The notes beneath the pieces were generated by a model. It was given only the letters and a program-made list of their open reading frames with translations, was not told where the DNA came from and did not search any database. A DNA stretch of 64,000 nucleotides from Octopus vulgaris (Eukaryota), in assembly GCA_951406725.2 (NCBI GenBank), contig OX597815.1, positions 144,212,001-144,276,000 of the forward strand, written 5' to 3'. A program made the translations under genes and the position numbers. This document shows positions 1-14,211 of the stretch, piece after piece. Each line of letters starts with the position of its first letter. Position 1 is the stretch's first letter.

Positions 1-1660
1 GACACTGAAAAACTACGAAGCGGTGACAGGAGCGAAAATCAACCGGGAAAAGTCAGTGGGCTTGCGACTAGGCACCTGGAGAAGCAAGCCCATGCCGTCC
101 ACCAGCGCCTCCGTCGTGGGACGCTGGACCGACGGCCCGGTTGAGTTGCTCGGGGTCTGGTTTGGTCCGGACCTCCAAGTGGAGAAGAACTGGAACGAGA
201 TAACGAGTAGGGTGGTCACTCTCGCCCGGCAATGGGCCGAGAGGAAACTGTCCCTAAAAGGTCGGGCAGAGGTGGCGAACACGTACATCGCGTCCGTCAT
301 CTACTACCGCCTGACCGTCGTACCTTGTCCCGACCCTACCATCACCAAACTACAACGCATTCTCTTTCGCTTCTTGTGGAAAGGATGCGTCCCGATGGTC
401 AGGCGATCCATTTGCTGTCAACACCCGTTAAAAGGAGGGCTGGGCATGCCGTGGTTGATGATGCGCAGACACGCGCTGAGACTGCGACATCTCTGGCTCT
501 ATGTAGACGACGGTGAACAGGTGTGGTCGCCGTTTGTGAGGCACGCTTTCCCGCAGCTCGTCTCCATGACCGAACTGCAGTCGTGGATCAAAAAGAGGCC
601 GAAGAAGGGCGAATGGCACCGCGAGTGTCGCGTTGCTCTCAAGCAACTCTGCCGTCCTGGGTCGACCGTGAGTGACTTCAACACAACCACAGCATTCTAT
701 AGGGGTTTAGTGGAGGGGAGGTACGACGACGAGCTCGGGGCGAACCTGGACGTCGACGAGGAGTACCTGACCCGCCTGTTCAGGACGACTTTCGGGCCAG
801 GGCCCATGGACAACTTCCAGAGATCCCTAGCCTGGCAGTGCTACCGAGAAACGCTACCCGTTCGGGATAAGCTCTGCAGACACGGCTCGAGAAACACGGG
901 GCCGACCTGCCCGAGATGCGGTCAGAGCGACGAAACCGTTCTGCACGCACTCGTGCAGTGTCCAACAATTTCCGACCTGTGGGCTTATGTCGAACAACTG
1001 CTGTCACGTGTGGGACGAGTCGGTTTATCAGCTGAGTCTATCGTCAATATTGTCACGCCTCCCTCCTTCAAACGGGAAGGAAGAGCTATTTTCATCATCC
1101 TTGTGGCTATGGCGAAGGAATGTATCTGGTGGACGCGTCTGAAAGGATTGGAGACAAACACTTTCCTCTCTGGTCAATCTCTCATCAACTTCTTCAAGTA
1201 CCACTTGAAAAGGAAAGTGAGAGTAGAGAGGCAAGTTTTGTCTAGCGAATGTTTTAAAAAAAGATGGGTGAATGTAGCAAGAATGGCACGTATGAATGAC
1301 GAAGCCACCTTGAGCATGATCCTATGAACCCAGAAAAAAAAAAAAAAAGAAATATAACATGTGACTCCATTGACCGAGGTTACCGTGGTCTTTTCCGTAG
1401 GCTTTTCTTTCCACGGGTAAACCTCACCTGTCCTCCCCTTTACACTTCATATTGACATTTCTGTGATAACGATCCCTATTGATCAATTTTTTTTCCTCGC
1501 CCCCTTTTTTTTTAACACCCCTTTTTTTGTCCTCTTTCTCTCCTTTTTCGATCCCTTTTGATCGAAACTCCCCCTTCCTTTTTTTTTTAAACCTTCAAAA
1601 GAAAAGCTCTACCTTGTAATTTGTTCTATCTGTGTACAGCCCTGTGTGGCTAATAAAGAA
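1..1660 (+). mobile_element. 3' part of an L1/Tx1-clade non-LTR retrotransposon (ORF2 end, 3'UTR, polyA signal)
   Basis: Open ORF2-like frame to 1327, pyrimidine-rich 3'UTR, AATAAA at 1652-1657, followed by a (TATC)n tract. Confidence 0.85.
2..1327 (+). CDS. L1/Tx1-type ORF2 C-terminal region (RT thumb and zinc-binding domain), 5'-partial
   Basis: Motifs GAKINREKS, LLGVWF, LSLKGR, GGLG and CPRCGQSDETVLHALVQC (CCHC, zf-RVT-like). The frame is open from the window start with no stops over about 440 codons. Confidence 0.88.
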   Translation, partial: TLKNYEAVTGAKINREKSVGLRLGTWRSKPMPSTSASVVGRWTDGPVELLGVWFGPDLQVEKNWNEITSRVVTLARQWAERKLSLKGRAEVANTYIASVIYYRLTVVPCPDPTITKLQRILFRFLWKGCVPMVRRSICCQHPLKGGLGMPWLMMRRHALRLRHLWLYVDDGEQVWSPFVRHAFPQLVSMTELQSWIKKRPKKGEWHRECRVALKQLCRPGSTVSDFNTTTAFYRGLVEGRYDDELGANLDVDEEYLTRLFRTTFGPGPMDNFQRSLAWQCYRETLPVRDKLCRHGSRNTGPTCPRCGQSDETVLHALVQCPTISDLWAYVEQLLSRVGRVGLSAESIVNIVTPPSFKREGRAIFIILVAMAKECIWWTRLKGLETNTFLSGQSLINFFKYHLKRKVRVERQVLSSECFKKRWVNVARMARMNDEATLSMIL

Positions 1661-1662
1661 AC

Positions 1663-1663
1663 A

Positions 1664-1756
<93 letters not shown>

Positions 1757-1820
1757 GTCACCCTATCTATATATCTATCTGCCTATCTATCTATCTACCT
1801 ACCTATTTATCTACCTATCT
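1663..1820. repeat. (TATC)n microsatellite
   Basis: Seen directly. Confidence 0.95.
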
Positions 1821-1844
1821 CTAATTGTCTACCTATTCATATAT

Positions 1845-2057
1845 ATTCTTTTACTTGTTTCAGTGATTTGACTGCAGCCATGCTGGAGCGCCGCCTTTAA
1901 TCGAGGAAATCGAACCAGGACTTATTCTTTGTAAACGTAATACTTATTCTATTGGTTCTTTTGCCGAACCGCTAGGTTACAAGGGCATAAACACACTAGC
2001 ATCGGTTGACAAGCGATGGCGGTAGGTGACCGATACAGATACGATACACAAATATAT

Positions 2058-2121
<64 letters not shown>

Positions 2122-3046
2122 ACGTGTGTGTTTGTGAGTGTATGTGTGTGTGAGTGTGTGTGTGTGTCACCCTTTTATGTTTTTCCTTTTGTGCCTGCGC
2201 ATTTTGTTGTTTTTAATTTTGTCGACTACACAGTATAGTAGGGTCAATTGCGCACCGTCTGCGAGAAAAACAGCACCATGACGCAGTTCACTCTGCAAAG
2301 AAATTTGGAAACGTCATGCTGTACTGCTTGGCTTTCGCGCCAGAAGCTCCAATACCAACATTTCAGAGTGTTTGGGTGTCAATCTGAGTACAGTGCAATC
2401 TGAGGACATGTACTGAGATTGATAAAAATCAAATATACTGGATGACCCTATGCCTGGCAACAGGAATCTGCACCATATCATACAAGCAGGAGAACCCAGT
2501 CATGATTGCCAGACAATTTCTGCAACCACATCACCGCTAACATCTGGCCATCTAACTCCAGCATACTGCAACACCCTTGATTATTGTGTGGGGCGCAGTT
2601 AAGTGAGAGACCAACAAAACTCCTTGTAACACCAAAGATGAACTGAAGGCAAGGGTTATGGTAGCATTCACCAACTTAAACAAGATGACCATCCAGAAGA
2701 GTTGCAAGGAATTTCGAAGTCTTCTGGAGGCCGTGGTTGAAGCCAATGGCTATTTTCTTGAATAAATTTACTCTAGTATTTCTAGATATCTTTATAAAAT
2801 TTTGGTAAATATATTTGTTAAAATGAGATCTCAGTATTATTTCCGTTTTTGCGTAATTTATACACCGCACCCTGTATATATACGACGGACTTTTTCCAGT
2901 TTCCGTCTACCAAATCCACTCACAAGGCATTGGTCGGCCCGAAGCCATAGTAGAAGACACTTGCCAAAGGTGTCACGCAGTGGGACTGAACCCGGAGCCA
3001 TGTGGTTGGTAAGCAAGCTTGTTACCACACAGCCACGCCTGCGCCT
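1845..3046 (-). mobile_element. tRNA-derived SINE (family 1), split by a Tc1/mariner insertion
   Basis: 3' half at about 1845-2040 and 5' half at about 2878-3046 match the full copy at 25591-25966 in reverse orientation. Confidence 0.75.
2175..2874 (+). mobile_element. Decayed Tc1/mariner transposon, probably maT/DD37D type, internally deleted
   Basis: Frameshifted translation gives YAWQQESAPYHTSRRTQS, IWPSNS..CN.LDY and FRSLLEAVVEANG. It ends in ...CACCCTG followed by TA. Confidence 0.8.
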
Positions 3047-3074
3047 AATATATGTATTACTTTTATGATTATCA

Positions 3075-4515
3075 TTATTATTATTTTTTCTTGATCACAG
3101 GTTTTGTTGGAGCTCCTGGAGTCTTGCATGCGTAAGTGGGCTTACTGCCTGCAGCCTACGGTACCATGCTATTCGTTATTTTCGGCTGTCTAATACTTTC
3201 CTGATTATTCTGGCCATGCCAAGGAGGCAAAACTTTGGTAACAGTTCTACTGGGCACTCTATTCCAATTTCCTTTGTATTCTTCTTTATGCCTTCTGGTA
3301 CTGTTCCCAAGGACCCGACAATAATTGGCATTATTTTCACCTTCTTCATTTTCCATCGCCGGGCTATTTCGTACTTAAGAGAGTTGTATCTATCTTTTCG
3401 ACTTCCTTCTTGACTATTCATGGGTCAAAGGAGCATGCAATGTCAACTATATAGCACATGTGGTGCACCTTGTCCACCACAACTAGCTCCAGTCTGTTAT
3501 GCTCTAGCACCTGATCTGTTTGGATTGGGAAATCCCAGAGGATTTTGCTAGTCTTCGACTCTGCCACTCTCTGCGGTTTCTGTTCATACTATGTCTTGCC
3601 TCTCTTTAGCCCCCACTTTTCGCACAGTTTCCAATGTAACACTTTCGCTGCCTGGTTGTATCGCCACAACTTGTGGTTTGGGGCAAGTCTAGGGTATTCG
3701 TTCGTGATATGGGCAATGGTTTCATCCATTCTGTTGCTGATGCGACACGGCAGAGACACTCATTCCTCAGGTTAACCCTCTAGTTCGTGGCCAGAGCTTG
3801 GTCCTGCGCTGCCAGTATAGTGCTCTCGTTCTCTTTTTCTAGTATTCCTTTCATCAGCCAAACACACCTATTTTTTCCTGCAACTTCTGTTGTGGCTTCA
3901 TGGAATTGATTGTGTAGTCCCTTCGTGCATAATTCTTCTTCATGTCCTTTTTGCACTTCTTCCTTTGTTTTCCCTTTTTTCTCTGCTCTCCAGACTCCCT
4001 CTTTCCTAACTGTCACTAGCAAGTTTTCCTTTGGGATAGGTATCTCATTAAGCTCTCGAGTTCAATATGCACACAGTCTTCCACACTTATCAGTCCCCTT
4101 CCTTCATTTCCTCTCTTCATGTATAGACGATCAGTGTCTGCATGTGCATGATAGGCTCCATGCATCGTTAGGAGCTTCCTTGACTTCCTGTCCATCTCCT
4201 TTAGCTCCTCCTCTGTCCACTTTAGGATTCTAGCGCCATACCGAACTACTGCGACTGAGCTCGAGTTTATTACCGAAATTGGCTTTGAAGCCAATATTTT
4301 TCTCACTCGCCGCAGGTACTCTCCTTTTGTCTTTTCCTTCATGTCTTGGTGTTTGATTCCATCTGCCTCAAGTATTCCCAGGTATTTATAGCTGGATTGA
4401 GGTTGAATTGCCTTCATCATTTCACCATTTGGAAACCATATGCCTTCTGTCCTGGCAAGCTCTCCTCGTCTTATCACCATTGTAGCACATTTTGAGAGTC
4501 CAAACTCCATCATAA
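3075..4515 (-). mobile_element. R4/Dong-like non-LTR retrotransposon fragment (RT C-terminus plus RLE endonuclease), 5'-truncated, decayed
   Basis: ORF pieces MEFGLSKCA, YKYLGILE, DTDRLYMKR..GRGL, ESTILAAQDQAL and KYEIARRW..PIIVGSLG; flanked by (TTA)n. Confidence 0.85.
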
Positions 4516-4532
4516 CATCATCATCATCATCA

Positions 4533-4585
<53 letters not shown>

Positions 4586-4587
<2 letters not shown>

Positions 4588-4793
4588 GACAGTGAGCTGG
4601 CAGAATCATTAGAACACCGGAGAAAATGCTTGGCGGCATTTCGTCCGTTTTTATGCTCTGAGTTCAAATTCCGCAAAGGTTGACTTTGCCATTCGTCTTT
4701 TCGATAAAATAAAAACCTAGTTGAGCTATGGGGTCGATGTAATCGACTACCTCCTCCTCCGAAATTGCTGGTCTTGTGCCAAAACTTAAAACC
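4586..4793 (+). mobile_element. tRNA-derived SINE (family 2)
   Basis: GAGCTGGCAGAATC..GAGTTCAAATTCC A/B-box-like head and the GACTTTGCC..TCGATAAA core shared with many copies in the window. Confidence 0.75.
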
Positions 4794-4831
<38 letters not shown>

Positions 4832-5214
4832 CAGCAGCAGCAGCAACAGCAGCGGCAGCAGCAGCAGTAGTAGTAGTCGTAGTAGTAGTAGTAGGTAGAA
4901 GTTACAAAGTAACTCGAGGGCCGAGGATTTTGTTCATGGCACATAGCAGACTTCAAATTTGAGTCTGTTTTTTTTATAAATTAAATTATAATTAATTTTA
5001 GCTGGATTGTTTGAGAAAAATTGATATTGGAGGGTCTCCTGAAAAGTGAATATTTTTCCAAAAATAATGTTTTTCGTTGTTTATTTTGGGAAAAGGAATA
5101 TTTTAGAAAAAAAAAATTTTTTTTCAAAAATAATTTTTTTCTACGAAATAATACATGCTTTTGTATCTGCACACAAATGCATATGTATGTTTGTATTTGA
5201 AAAAATGTATGAAT

Positions 5215-5921
5215 ACTTCGAAAATATCTTCGTTACCCTCTATGAAGGCCAACATATCTCGGGCAAATATTTCAGTCACTTCAGCAAGATCTGTAACAAG
5301 TTGTAAATACAGGAATAAGAAATCAACACATATGTTACATTAGTATGCAGTAAGATTACCAATAAATGACTAAAAATGTATGGAAATTGTGAGTGTCCAC
5401 ATAGATTGATATAAAATAGCAGTTATAAAATTTCTACAAAGGACAACTTCTAGATTCTCCCTCTAAAAACAAACACAAGAAAAAGAAATAAAACAAACGC
5501 AAGTCAACAAAAGATGATCCAATAATTTAGTTGACCAAAGTCTAGAACAATGCAGTAACAAATTCGATACAATAAATATGCGACACAACAGCCAATCAAA
5601 ACAAACCACACATAATAATAATAAAGAATATTACATGAACCAAATTAATAGATGAACATGTTATCAAAAAACTCATCAAACAGGACATAACATGCATTAC
5701 ATCCAATCACGAAATAGCAGTGCAATAAAAACTCCATAATTAAAAATCTTCTCGTCAACAACATACCACAAGCTTGTAAACTACAAAATAAACTAGATGA
5801 CTAATGTAATTTACAAATTTAGATACCAAACACGAAAGTTGTAAACTTCGTGACAGTGTCTCTTACTTTGGGCATACTTGTACCACACTTTATCTCTGTC
5901 TGACTATGCATCGACGACAAT
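5215..5921 (+). mobile_element. Decayed Penelope-like 3' segment, copy 1 of a near-identical pair
   Basis: Near-identical to 23535-24236. The start translates YLRYPL*RPTYLGQ, resembling the GIY-YIG Y.I.C..C...YIGQ motif. Confidence 0.55.
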
Positions 5922-6332
5922 AGATATTGTGATACAATACATTACAGAACACATAATATAACTAGATTAAAAGAAACATTATAATTCTCTAAATAATTAG
6001 AAGATTGGTCGCAGAAGCTATATTAATGGTGGCATATAATAGAAAACTTAATACACTTATACTACACGTTCATCAGAAACTATACTATATACCATGACCA
6101 AACTATTTTCTGATGCTAAAGGAACCTTGCCGCTAACTGTTAATGAATTTGAGTTTCACTAATCTTCATGTTTTTGATCAGATGCTCTATGACAGTATGC
6201 ATCACCGATTTTCTCACCCTCACCTATATTCCATCATCTCTGGAATGCCTTAGTGTCGAGTTTATCTTGCACATTATTCCTGCATTATTCCTGCTATACA
6301 TTAACGGCTTGCTTCAAGTTACTTCTAACCAC

Positions 6333-6391
<59 letters not shown>

Positions 6392-6772
6392 AAATAAAGA
6401 TTAGACCAGCTTTCATTCCATTTCAGTCCTCCTACACACAATTATCATTCACACGCTACCTAAAGGCTTCACGTCAGACTTGCAATGTTTTCATGAAAAG
6501 AGGCGCAGAAAATACCACGCCATAATTATTTAGTCCTTTTCATCCTTTCATGTACCAAAACAAAATCACAGTGTGTATATGCGTATGTGCGTGTGTGTGT
6601 GTAATATATATATAGAGAGAGAGAGAGACAGAGAGAGAGAGAGATGGAGAGAGAGAGAGACGGAGAGAAAGCTGTATGTATCTATATATATATATATGTA
6701 TATATATGTATTATATATATTATATATATATATTTATATATATATATATATTATATATATTATATATATATA

Positions 6773-6837
<65 letters not shown>

Positions 6838-6896
6838 AATATTTATATATATATATATATATTATATAATATATATATATATGTATATATATATGT

Positions 6897-7478
6897 CAAG
6901 TTGATCACAGAACTTGAGGCGATCCAACGAAGCTACACGAAGAAGATAGCCTCTGTGCAGCATATAAGCTACTGGGAAAGACTCAAGAGATTAAAACTCT
7001 ATTCCTTGGAGCGTAGGCGAGAAAGATATGCCATAATATATATCTGGAAGATCCTGGAAGGACTTGTCCCAAACTTTGGCATCGAGAGTCACACAAATGC
7101 CAGAACCGGGCGCCACTGCGTGGTACCAAGGACTCCAAATTTGCCATCAAGATGTAGGACAAGATACTGTGATAGCCTGGGCTTTAGAGGCCCACAGCTC
7201 TTCAATATCCTCCCGAAGAACCTGAGGGACCTGCATGGTGTAGATGCTCATGTCTTTAAAGTAGGACTGGATCTCTTCCTGTCAGGTGTCCCGGATGAAC
7301 CAACTTCACGGCAGGAGGTGCAGATGAGGGCAGCTGCATCGAACTCTCTCATGCACCAAATGGCAGTTGCTAAAAAGCATTTGTGAGGTAAAATCATGTA
7401 GCAAACCAAATGGCAGTGCCCCAGCATGGCCACAGCTCATGAGCTGAAACTGGAAAAATCAAAATCAAAATCAAAATC
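6897..7478 (+). mobile_element. 3' end of a CR1/L2-group LINE
   Basis: [53 protein letters not shown], then an (AAATC)n tail. Confidence 0.85.
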
Positions 7479-7554
7479 ATATATATATACACACATACAT
7501 ACATATATATATGTGTGCATATATATATTTATATATATATATATAATCAAATAA

Positions 7555-8203
7555 GGGTAGAAATTGATATTAATCAATTAAAACCAGTGGCCTAGCATAT
7601 TTTTTTTTTAATCCGAGGATTAAAAATTTTTTTACATACAAAATTTATAGGACTGACCACTATAAGTGCACAGCCTATATGCTAGATATAGACGTCAAAT
7701 CGCCATTTTCCACGAAGAATGTGTTCTCAAGAAAAAACTCAGCAAAAAACCAAAGTGTAAAAATAAGCAAGACAAATGAAAATATATGAAATAAAAAACG
7801 ATTACCTATGTACTAATTAGTTTCACTTGTTAATATTTACGTATATGGACACGTAAACATCTGCAAAATCATCAGCATAGTCTGTCGTTTACAAAACGCA
7901 ATTTCCAGAATTAGATACAGAACGCTCAACCGAAATCCAGCATGTATAAAGTTCTACAAATTATATTTATGTGTATCCTTTCAAATGCCTTCACTTTGGC
8001 GCGCCGAGATCGGAAATTACTCTGCAGTTAATAAACTACAGCAGTCAATTCACCGGTTAGAAAACATTTTTTTATTTAAAAATTAATTATGGGTAGAAAT
8101 TGATATTAATCTATTAAAACCTGTGGCCTAGCGTATTTTTTTAAAAATCCGAAGATTAAAAATTTTTTTACATACAAAATTTAGAGGACTGACCACTAAA
8201 AGT
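7555..8203 (-). mobile_element. Hammerhead-containing non-autonomous element in partial tandem (536-bp period), in (TA)n
   Basis: Direct repeats of about 113 bp at 7555-7667 and 8091-8203; hammerhead motif at 7806-7880. Confidence 0.7.
7806..7880 (-). ncRNA. Type I hammerhead ribozyme motif
   Basis: Minus strand reads CUAUG-CUGAUGA-[stem II GAUGUUUACGUG/UACGUAAAUAUU]-GAAA-CUAAUUAG-UA-CAUAG. Stem I is CUAUG/CAUAG, stem III is palindromic, cleavage triplet GUA. Confidence 0.75.
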
Positions 8204-8237
8204 ATATATATATGTATGTGTTTATATATATATATAT

Positions 8238-8740
8238 GGTGGCTGCCTCCTCGTTATCGAGTATGGCCATTGCGCGAAGCTTAATCAATGTTGTTATCGT
8301 GCAATGCCTGTGCAAGAAGATTTTTTTTTAAGTGAGGAAAGGCTGTGCAGTGAGTCATTCCTACTCAGTAAGCAACAGCAGCCATAATCCGAAAAGAAGA
8401 ACAAGACAACATCATCGGTAACCACTGAGCCGCAGGTTTTATGTCGGAGTTATCCCAGTTACCTGAGTTACCTTCTCCTAGAAGGATGCCCTAACAAAGG
8501 CTAGGAGTCCTTCACACCCAATGGTTTTACCGCGCGATCGGGTATTCAGTTCGATTATTTCTATGTCCCTGCGCATGATACAGCCTTAAGACATTTATTG
8601 GATGGCCGTTGACTCTCAAGAGTTCCTCCGCCCTTTGACGGGTTTTGTTTTTCATTCCGCAGGGTGTCCAATAAACACCCTCTTCACCAAGCAAGCTTGG
8701 TGGGGTTGCCGGTTTAGTCGCCGACGACCCGACCATGCAA
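8238..8740 (-). mobile_element. Non-coding retroelement-derived repeat of about 500 bp, associated with (CATA)n
   Basis: Reverse complement of 47500-47995. Contains CTAGCCTTTGTTAGGGCATCCTTCTAGGAGAAGG, similar to RTE/R4-type 5'UTR motifs. Confidence 0.65.
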
Positions 8741-8744
8741 TATA

Positions 8745-8842
<98 letters not shown>

Positions 8843-8997
8843 CGTATATATATATATATAGGCGCAGGATTGGGTATGTGGTAAGAAGCTTGCTTCCCAA
8901 GTACGTGCTTCTGGTTCACTCCCATTGCGTGGCACTTTTAGCAAGACCTTCTACTATAACTTTGAGTGGATTTGGTAGATGGAAACTGAAAGCCTGT

Positions 8998-9054
<57 letters not shown>

Positions 9055-9284
9055 GTGTCTGATTGACAATATTCCTCATTTAAAGCAGTGTGTGTGTGTG
9101 TGTTTGTGAGTGTGTGTGTATGTATGTACACGACGGGTCTCCACGCAGTTTCGATTCACCAAATTCACTCAGTTCACTTACAAGTGATCGGTCAGGGCTT
9201 GAATAGAAGACACTTGCCCAAGATGCTGCGCAATGAAACTGAACCCGAAACCACGTAGTTGCAAAACAAGCTTCTTAACCGTCG

Positions 9285-10958
<1,674 letters not shown>

Positions 10959-11509
10959 GAGTGAGAGAGAGAGAGCATGCCATCAAAGTGACACTGGGGT
11001 AAGATATGCGAAGCCCGGTATACCCATCATGACTACTCGTCTGATAACGGTACACCAGGCACATGCATCACAACTATGTGCGCGACATAGTGATCTCATA
11101 TAAAATAAACAGCGCATGACCTTGCAGGCGGGGCACGGTTAAAATTTTCTTCGGGTCGAGTAGCCCATCCCACTCAAAAGGTCCTTGAATAAGGGTTGTT
11201 TAGGGATGTTGAACGAAACACCCATGTTTCCAAAGGTAAATTATCCAAACCCCAAAGAATTCCTCTCAACACATGGCTATAATGCTCCTCCACTACTTCT
11301 GCGCGTAATCAAAGATGCACATATCGTCAGCCACTAAGGGACATGCTCAACTGGATAAGGTTAAACAACTGACAAGCAAATCTGTGGTATTGAGCAGAAT
11401 ATTTGCTCTAGTCCATCTTTTATACCAAGACAAAACAATGTACATGATAACACTTCCAATCAGTTAAGATCAGAAGCCATGAGAACCAGTGTCTGGTATT
11501 GCATCAGTG

Positions 11510-11515
<6 letters not shown>
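10959..11515 (-). mobile_element. 550-bp (TAA)n-associated interspersed repeat, copy 1
   Basis: Homologous to 12759-13312, 13594-14142 and, inverted, 61825-62333. All copies are bounded by (TTA)n. Confidence 0.8.
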
Positions 11516-11590
<75 letters not shown>

Positions 11591-11714
11591 GTCCGTCTTT
11601 AAGTTCCGAGTTCAAATTCCGCCGAGGTAGACTTTCCCTTTCATCCTTTCGGTGAAATCGACTAGTCCCCTCCCAAGAAATTTCAGGCTTTGTGCCTTTA
11701 GTAAAAAGGATCAT

Positions 11715-12687
11715 TATTATTATTATTATTATTATTATTCTATGTTTAACTTTTGCTTTACATTTGCACAAGCTGGCTCCAAGTCTCACCCAGAGAAATC
11801 AAGAGACAAGTTGGAAGTTCATGTTGGTGTTATGCCTAGGGTGCTATATATTTGGTTTTGTACTTAGTGTTGTACTAGTGAATGTCTAAAAAAAAACATA
11901 CGAAAATTATGTTTGTTTTAAAACTTGAGATTACAAAGAAAGCATTTTGCGTAGGATCTGAGCACTTCCCATGAGAACTATCTTTTGAATTTCTGCCATT
12001 TTGGGGTTTCCTTGTATCTGTGTTAGGTAGCAAGCAGCCCCTTTTGCTATCATACCCAGGGCACCTATGACAACAGGTATTGTTTTAGTCTTCAGGTTCC
12101 ACATTTTGCTGATTTGCATTTCCAGATCTTTATATTTGCTGTTTCTGGTAGGTCATATCAATGAGGAGGCATGTTTTTTGTCTGAAGTCTTTTACTATGA
12201 TGTCTGGCCTATTCGCATCTATCTTTCAGTCAGTTTGAATGGTAGAGTTCCAGAGGTGTGAGATGTGGTCATTTTCAAGCACTGGAGGTGGTTTGTGTTC
12301 CCACCAGTTTTTATCATGAGGCAAGTCCAGGCTTTTGCAAATTACCCAGTGAATATATAGTGCAGCTCTCTCATCCCTGTTGAGATACTCTGTAGGCGCA
12401 AGAAGACTGCACTTGGAGACAACATGATCAATGGTTTCATTTTGTTGTTGACATACACGACATGTTGGGCTACTGCCGTTCTTTAATATGTTGGCCTGGT
12501 AGTTCCTTGTAGGTAGACATTGATCTTGAGCTGCTATGATAAACCCTTCTGTTTCAGATTTTAAGCCAAAGGCCATTAGTCATTGGTGGGTCAGGGCTTT
12601 GTCAACATCCGCATTATTCACTCTCTTTGGGTATTTGCCATTGAGAGGTTTTTCTTGCCCTTTATCATTCATGATATCTAAGGCAGC
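11715..12687 (-). mobile_element. R4/Dong-like retrotransposon 3' fragment (CCHC and RLE domain, 3'UTR)
   Basis: GLKSETEGFIIAAQDQCLPTRNY, CRVCQQQNETIDHVVSKC, IPVVIGALG, QKIVLMGSAQILRK; ends in (TAA)n. Confidence 0.87.
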
Positions 12688-12690
12688 AGT

Positions 12691-12746
<56 letters not shown>

Positions 12747-12758
12747 ACTATTATTATT

Positions 12759-13312
12759 GAGGGAGAGAGCAGTGCTTGCCATAAAAATGACACTGGGGTA
12801 AAATATACGAAGCCCGGTATACCCATCATGACTACTCGTCTGATAAGGGCACACTAGACAGACGCATCCCAACCATATGTGCGCGACATGGTGATCTCAT
12901 ATCAAGATAAACAGCACATGATCTTGCAGGTGGGGTCCAGTTAGAATTTTCTTCTGGTTGAGTAGCCCATCCCGCTCAAAAGGTTCCTGAATAAGGGTTG
13001 TTTAAGGATGTTGAACGAAGCACCCATGATTCCAGAGGTGAATTATCCAAACCTCTAAGAATTCCTTTCAACACACTGCTATGATACTCCCCCACTACTT
13101 CTGCTCGTGGCCTGAGATGCATATGTCGTCAGCCACTAAGGGACATGCTCAACTGATAAGGGTCAAACAACTGAAAAGCAAATCTATGGTATTGAGCAGA
13201 ATATTTGCTCTAGTCCATCTTTCATACCAAGACAACACAACGTACATAACACTTCCAATCAGTTAAGATCACAAGCCATGAGAGCCACTGCCTGGTACTG
13301 CATTAGGACAAA
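12759..13312 (-). mobile_element. 550-bp (TAA)n-associated repeat, copy 2
   Basis: Aligns by eye with copies 1 and 3. Confidence 0.8.
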
Positions 13313-13320
13313 TATTACTA

Positions 13321-13369
<49 letters not shown>

Positions 13370-13593
13370 GCTTGCGGAATCGTTAGCACGCCGGGCGAAA
13401 TGCTTAACGATATTTCATTCGGCCTTGGGTTCTGAGTTCAAATTCTGAAGAGATCGACTTTGCCTTTCATCCTTTCGGGGTCGATAAATTAAGTAACAGT
13501 GAAACACTGGGCTTGATGTAATCAACTAGTACCCTTCCCACAAATTTGAAACCTTTTGCCTCTAGCAGAAAGAATTATTATTATTATTATTAT

Positions 13594-14141
13594 TGAGTGA
13601 GCGAGCAGAGCATGCCATCAAAGTGACACTGGGGTAAAATATACGAAGCCCAGTATACCCATCATGACTACCCGTCTGATAAGGGTACACCAGGCACAGG
13701 CATCACAACCATATGTGCGCGACATGGTGATCTCATATCAAGATAAACAGCACATGACCTTGCAGGTGGGGCCCAGTTAGAATTTTCTTCAGATCGAGTA
13801 GCCCATCCCGCTCAAAAGGTCCCTGAATAAGGGTTGTTTAAGGATGTTGAACGAAACACCCATGTTTCCAGAGGTGAATTATTCAAACCCCAAAGAATCC
13901 TTCTCAACACATGGCTATGATGCTCCCCCACTACTTCTGCTCGTGATCAGTGATGCACATATCGTCAGCCACTAAGGGACATGCTCAACTGGTTAAGGTC
14001 AAACAACTGACAAGCAAATCTGTGGTATTGAGCAGAATATTTGCTGTAGCCCATCTTTTATACCAAGGCAAAACAATGTACATGATAACACTTCCAATCA
14101 GTTAAGATCAGAAGCCATGAGAGCCACTGCCTGGTACTGCA

Positions 14142-14142
<1 letters not shown>
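13594..14142 (-). mobile_element. 550-bp (TAA)n-associated repeat, copy 3
   Basis: Aligns by eye with copies 1 and 2. Confidence 0.8.

Positions 14143-14211
<69 letters not shown>

Noticed and set aside
6573-6896. Long YI/HT/CV/LSIY-rich ORFs here and throughout the window
   Set aside because: They are translations of (TA)n, (CA)n, (TATC)n and triplet microsatellites.
8238-8275. HDV-like ribozyme loop (CCTCCTCGT)
   Set aside because: I could not build the P1/P2/P3 pseudoknot by eye.
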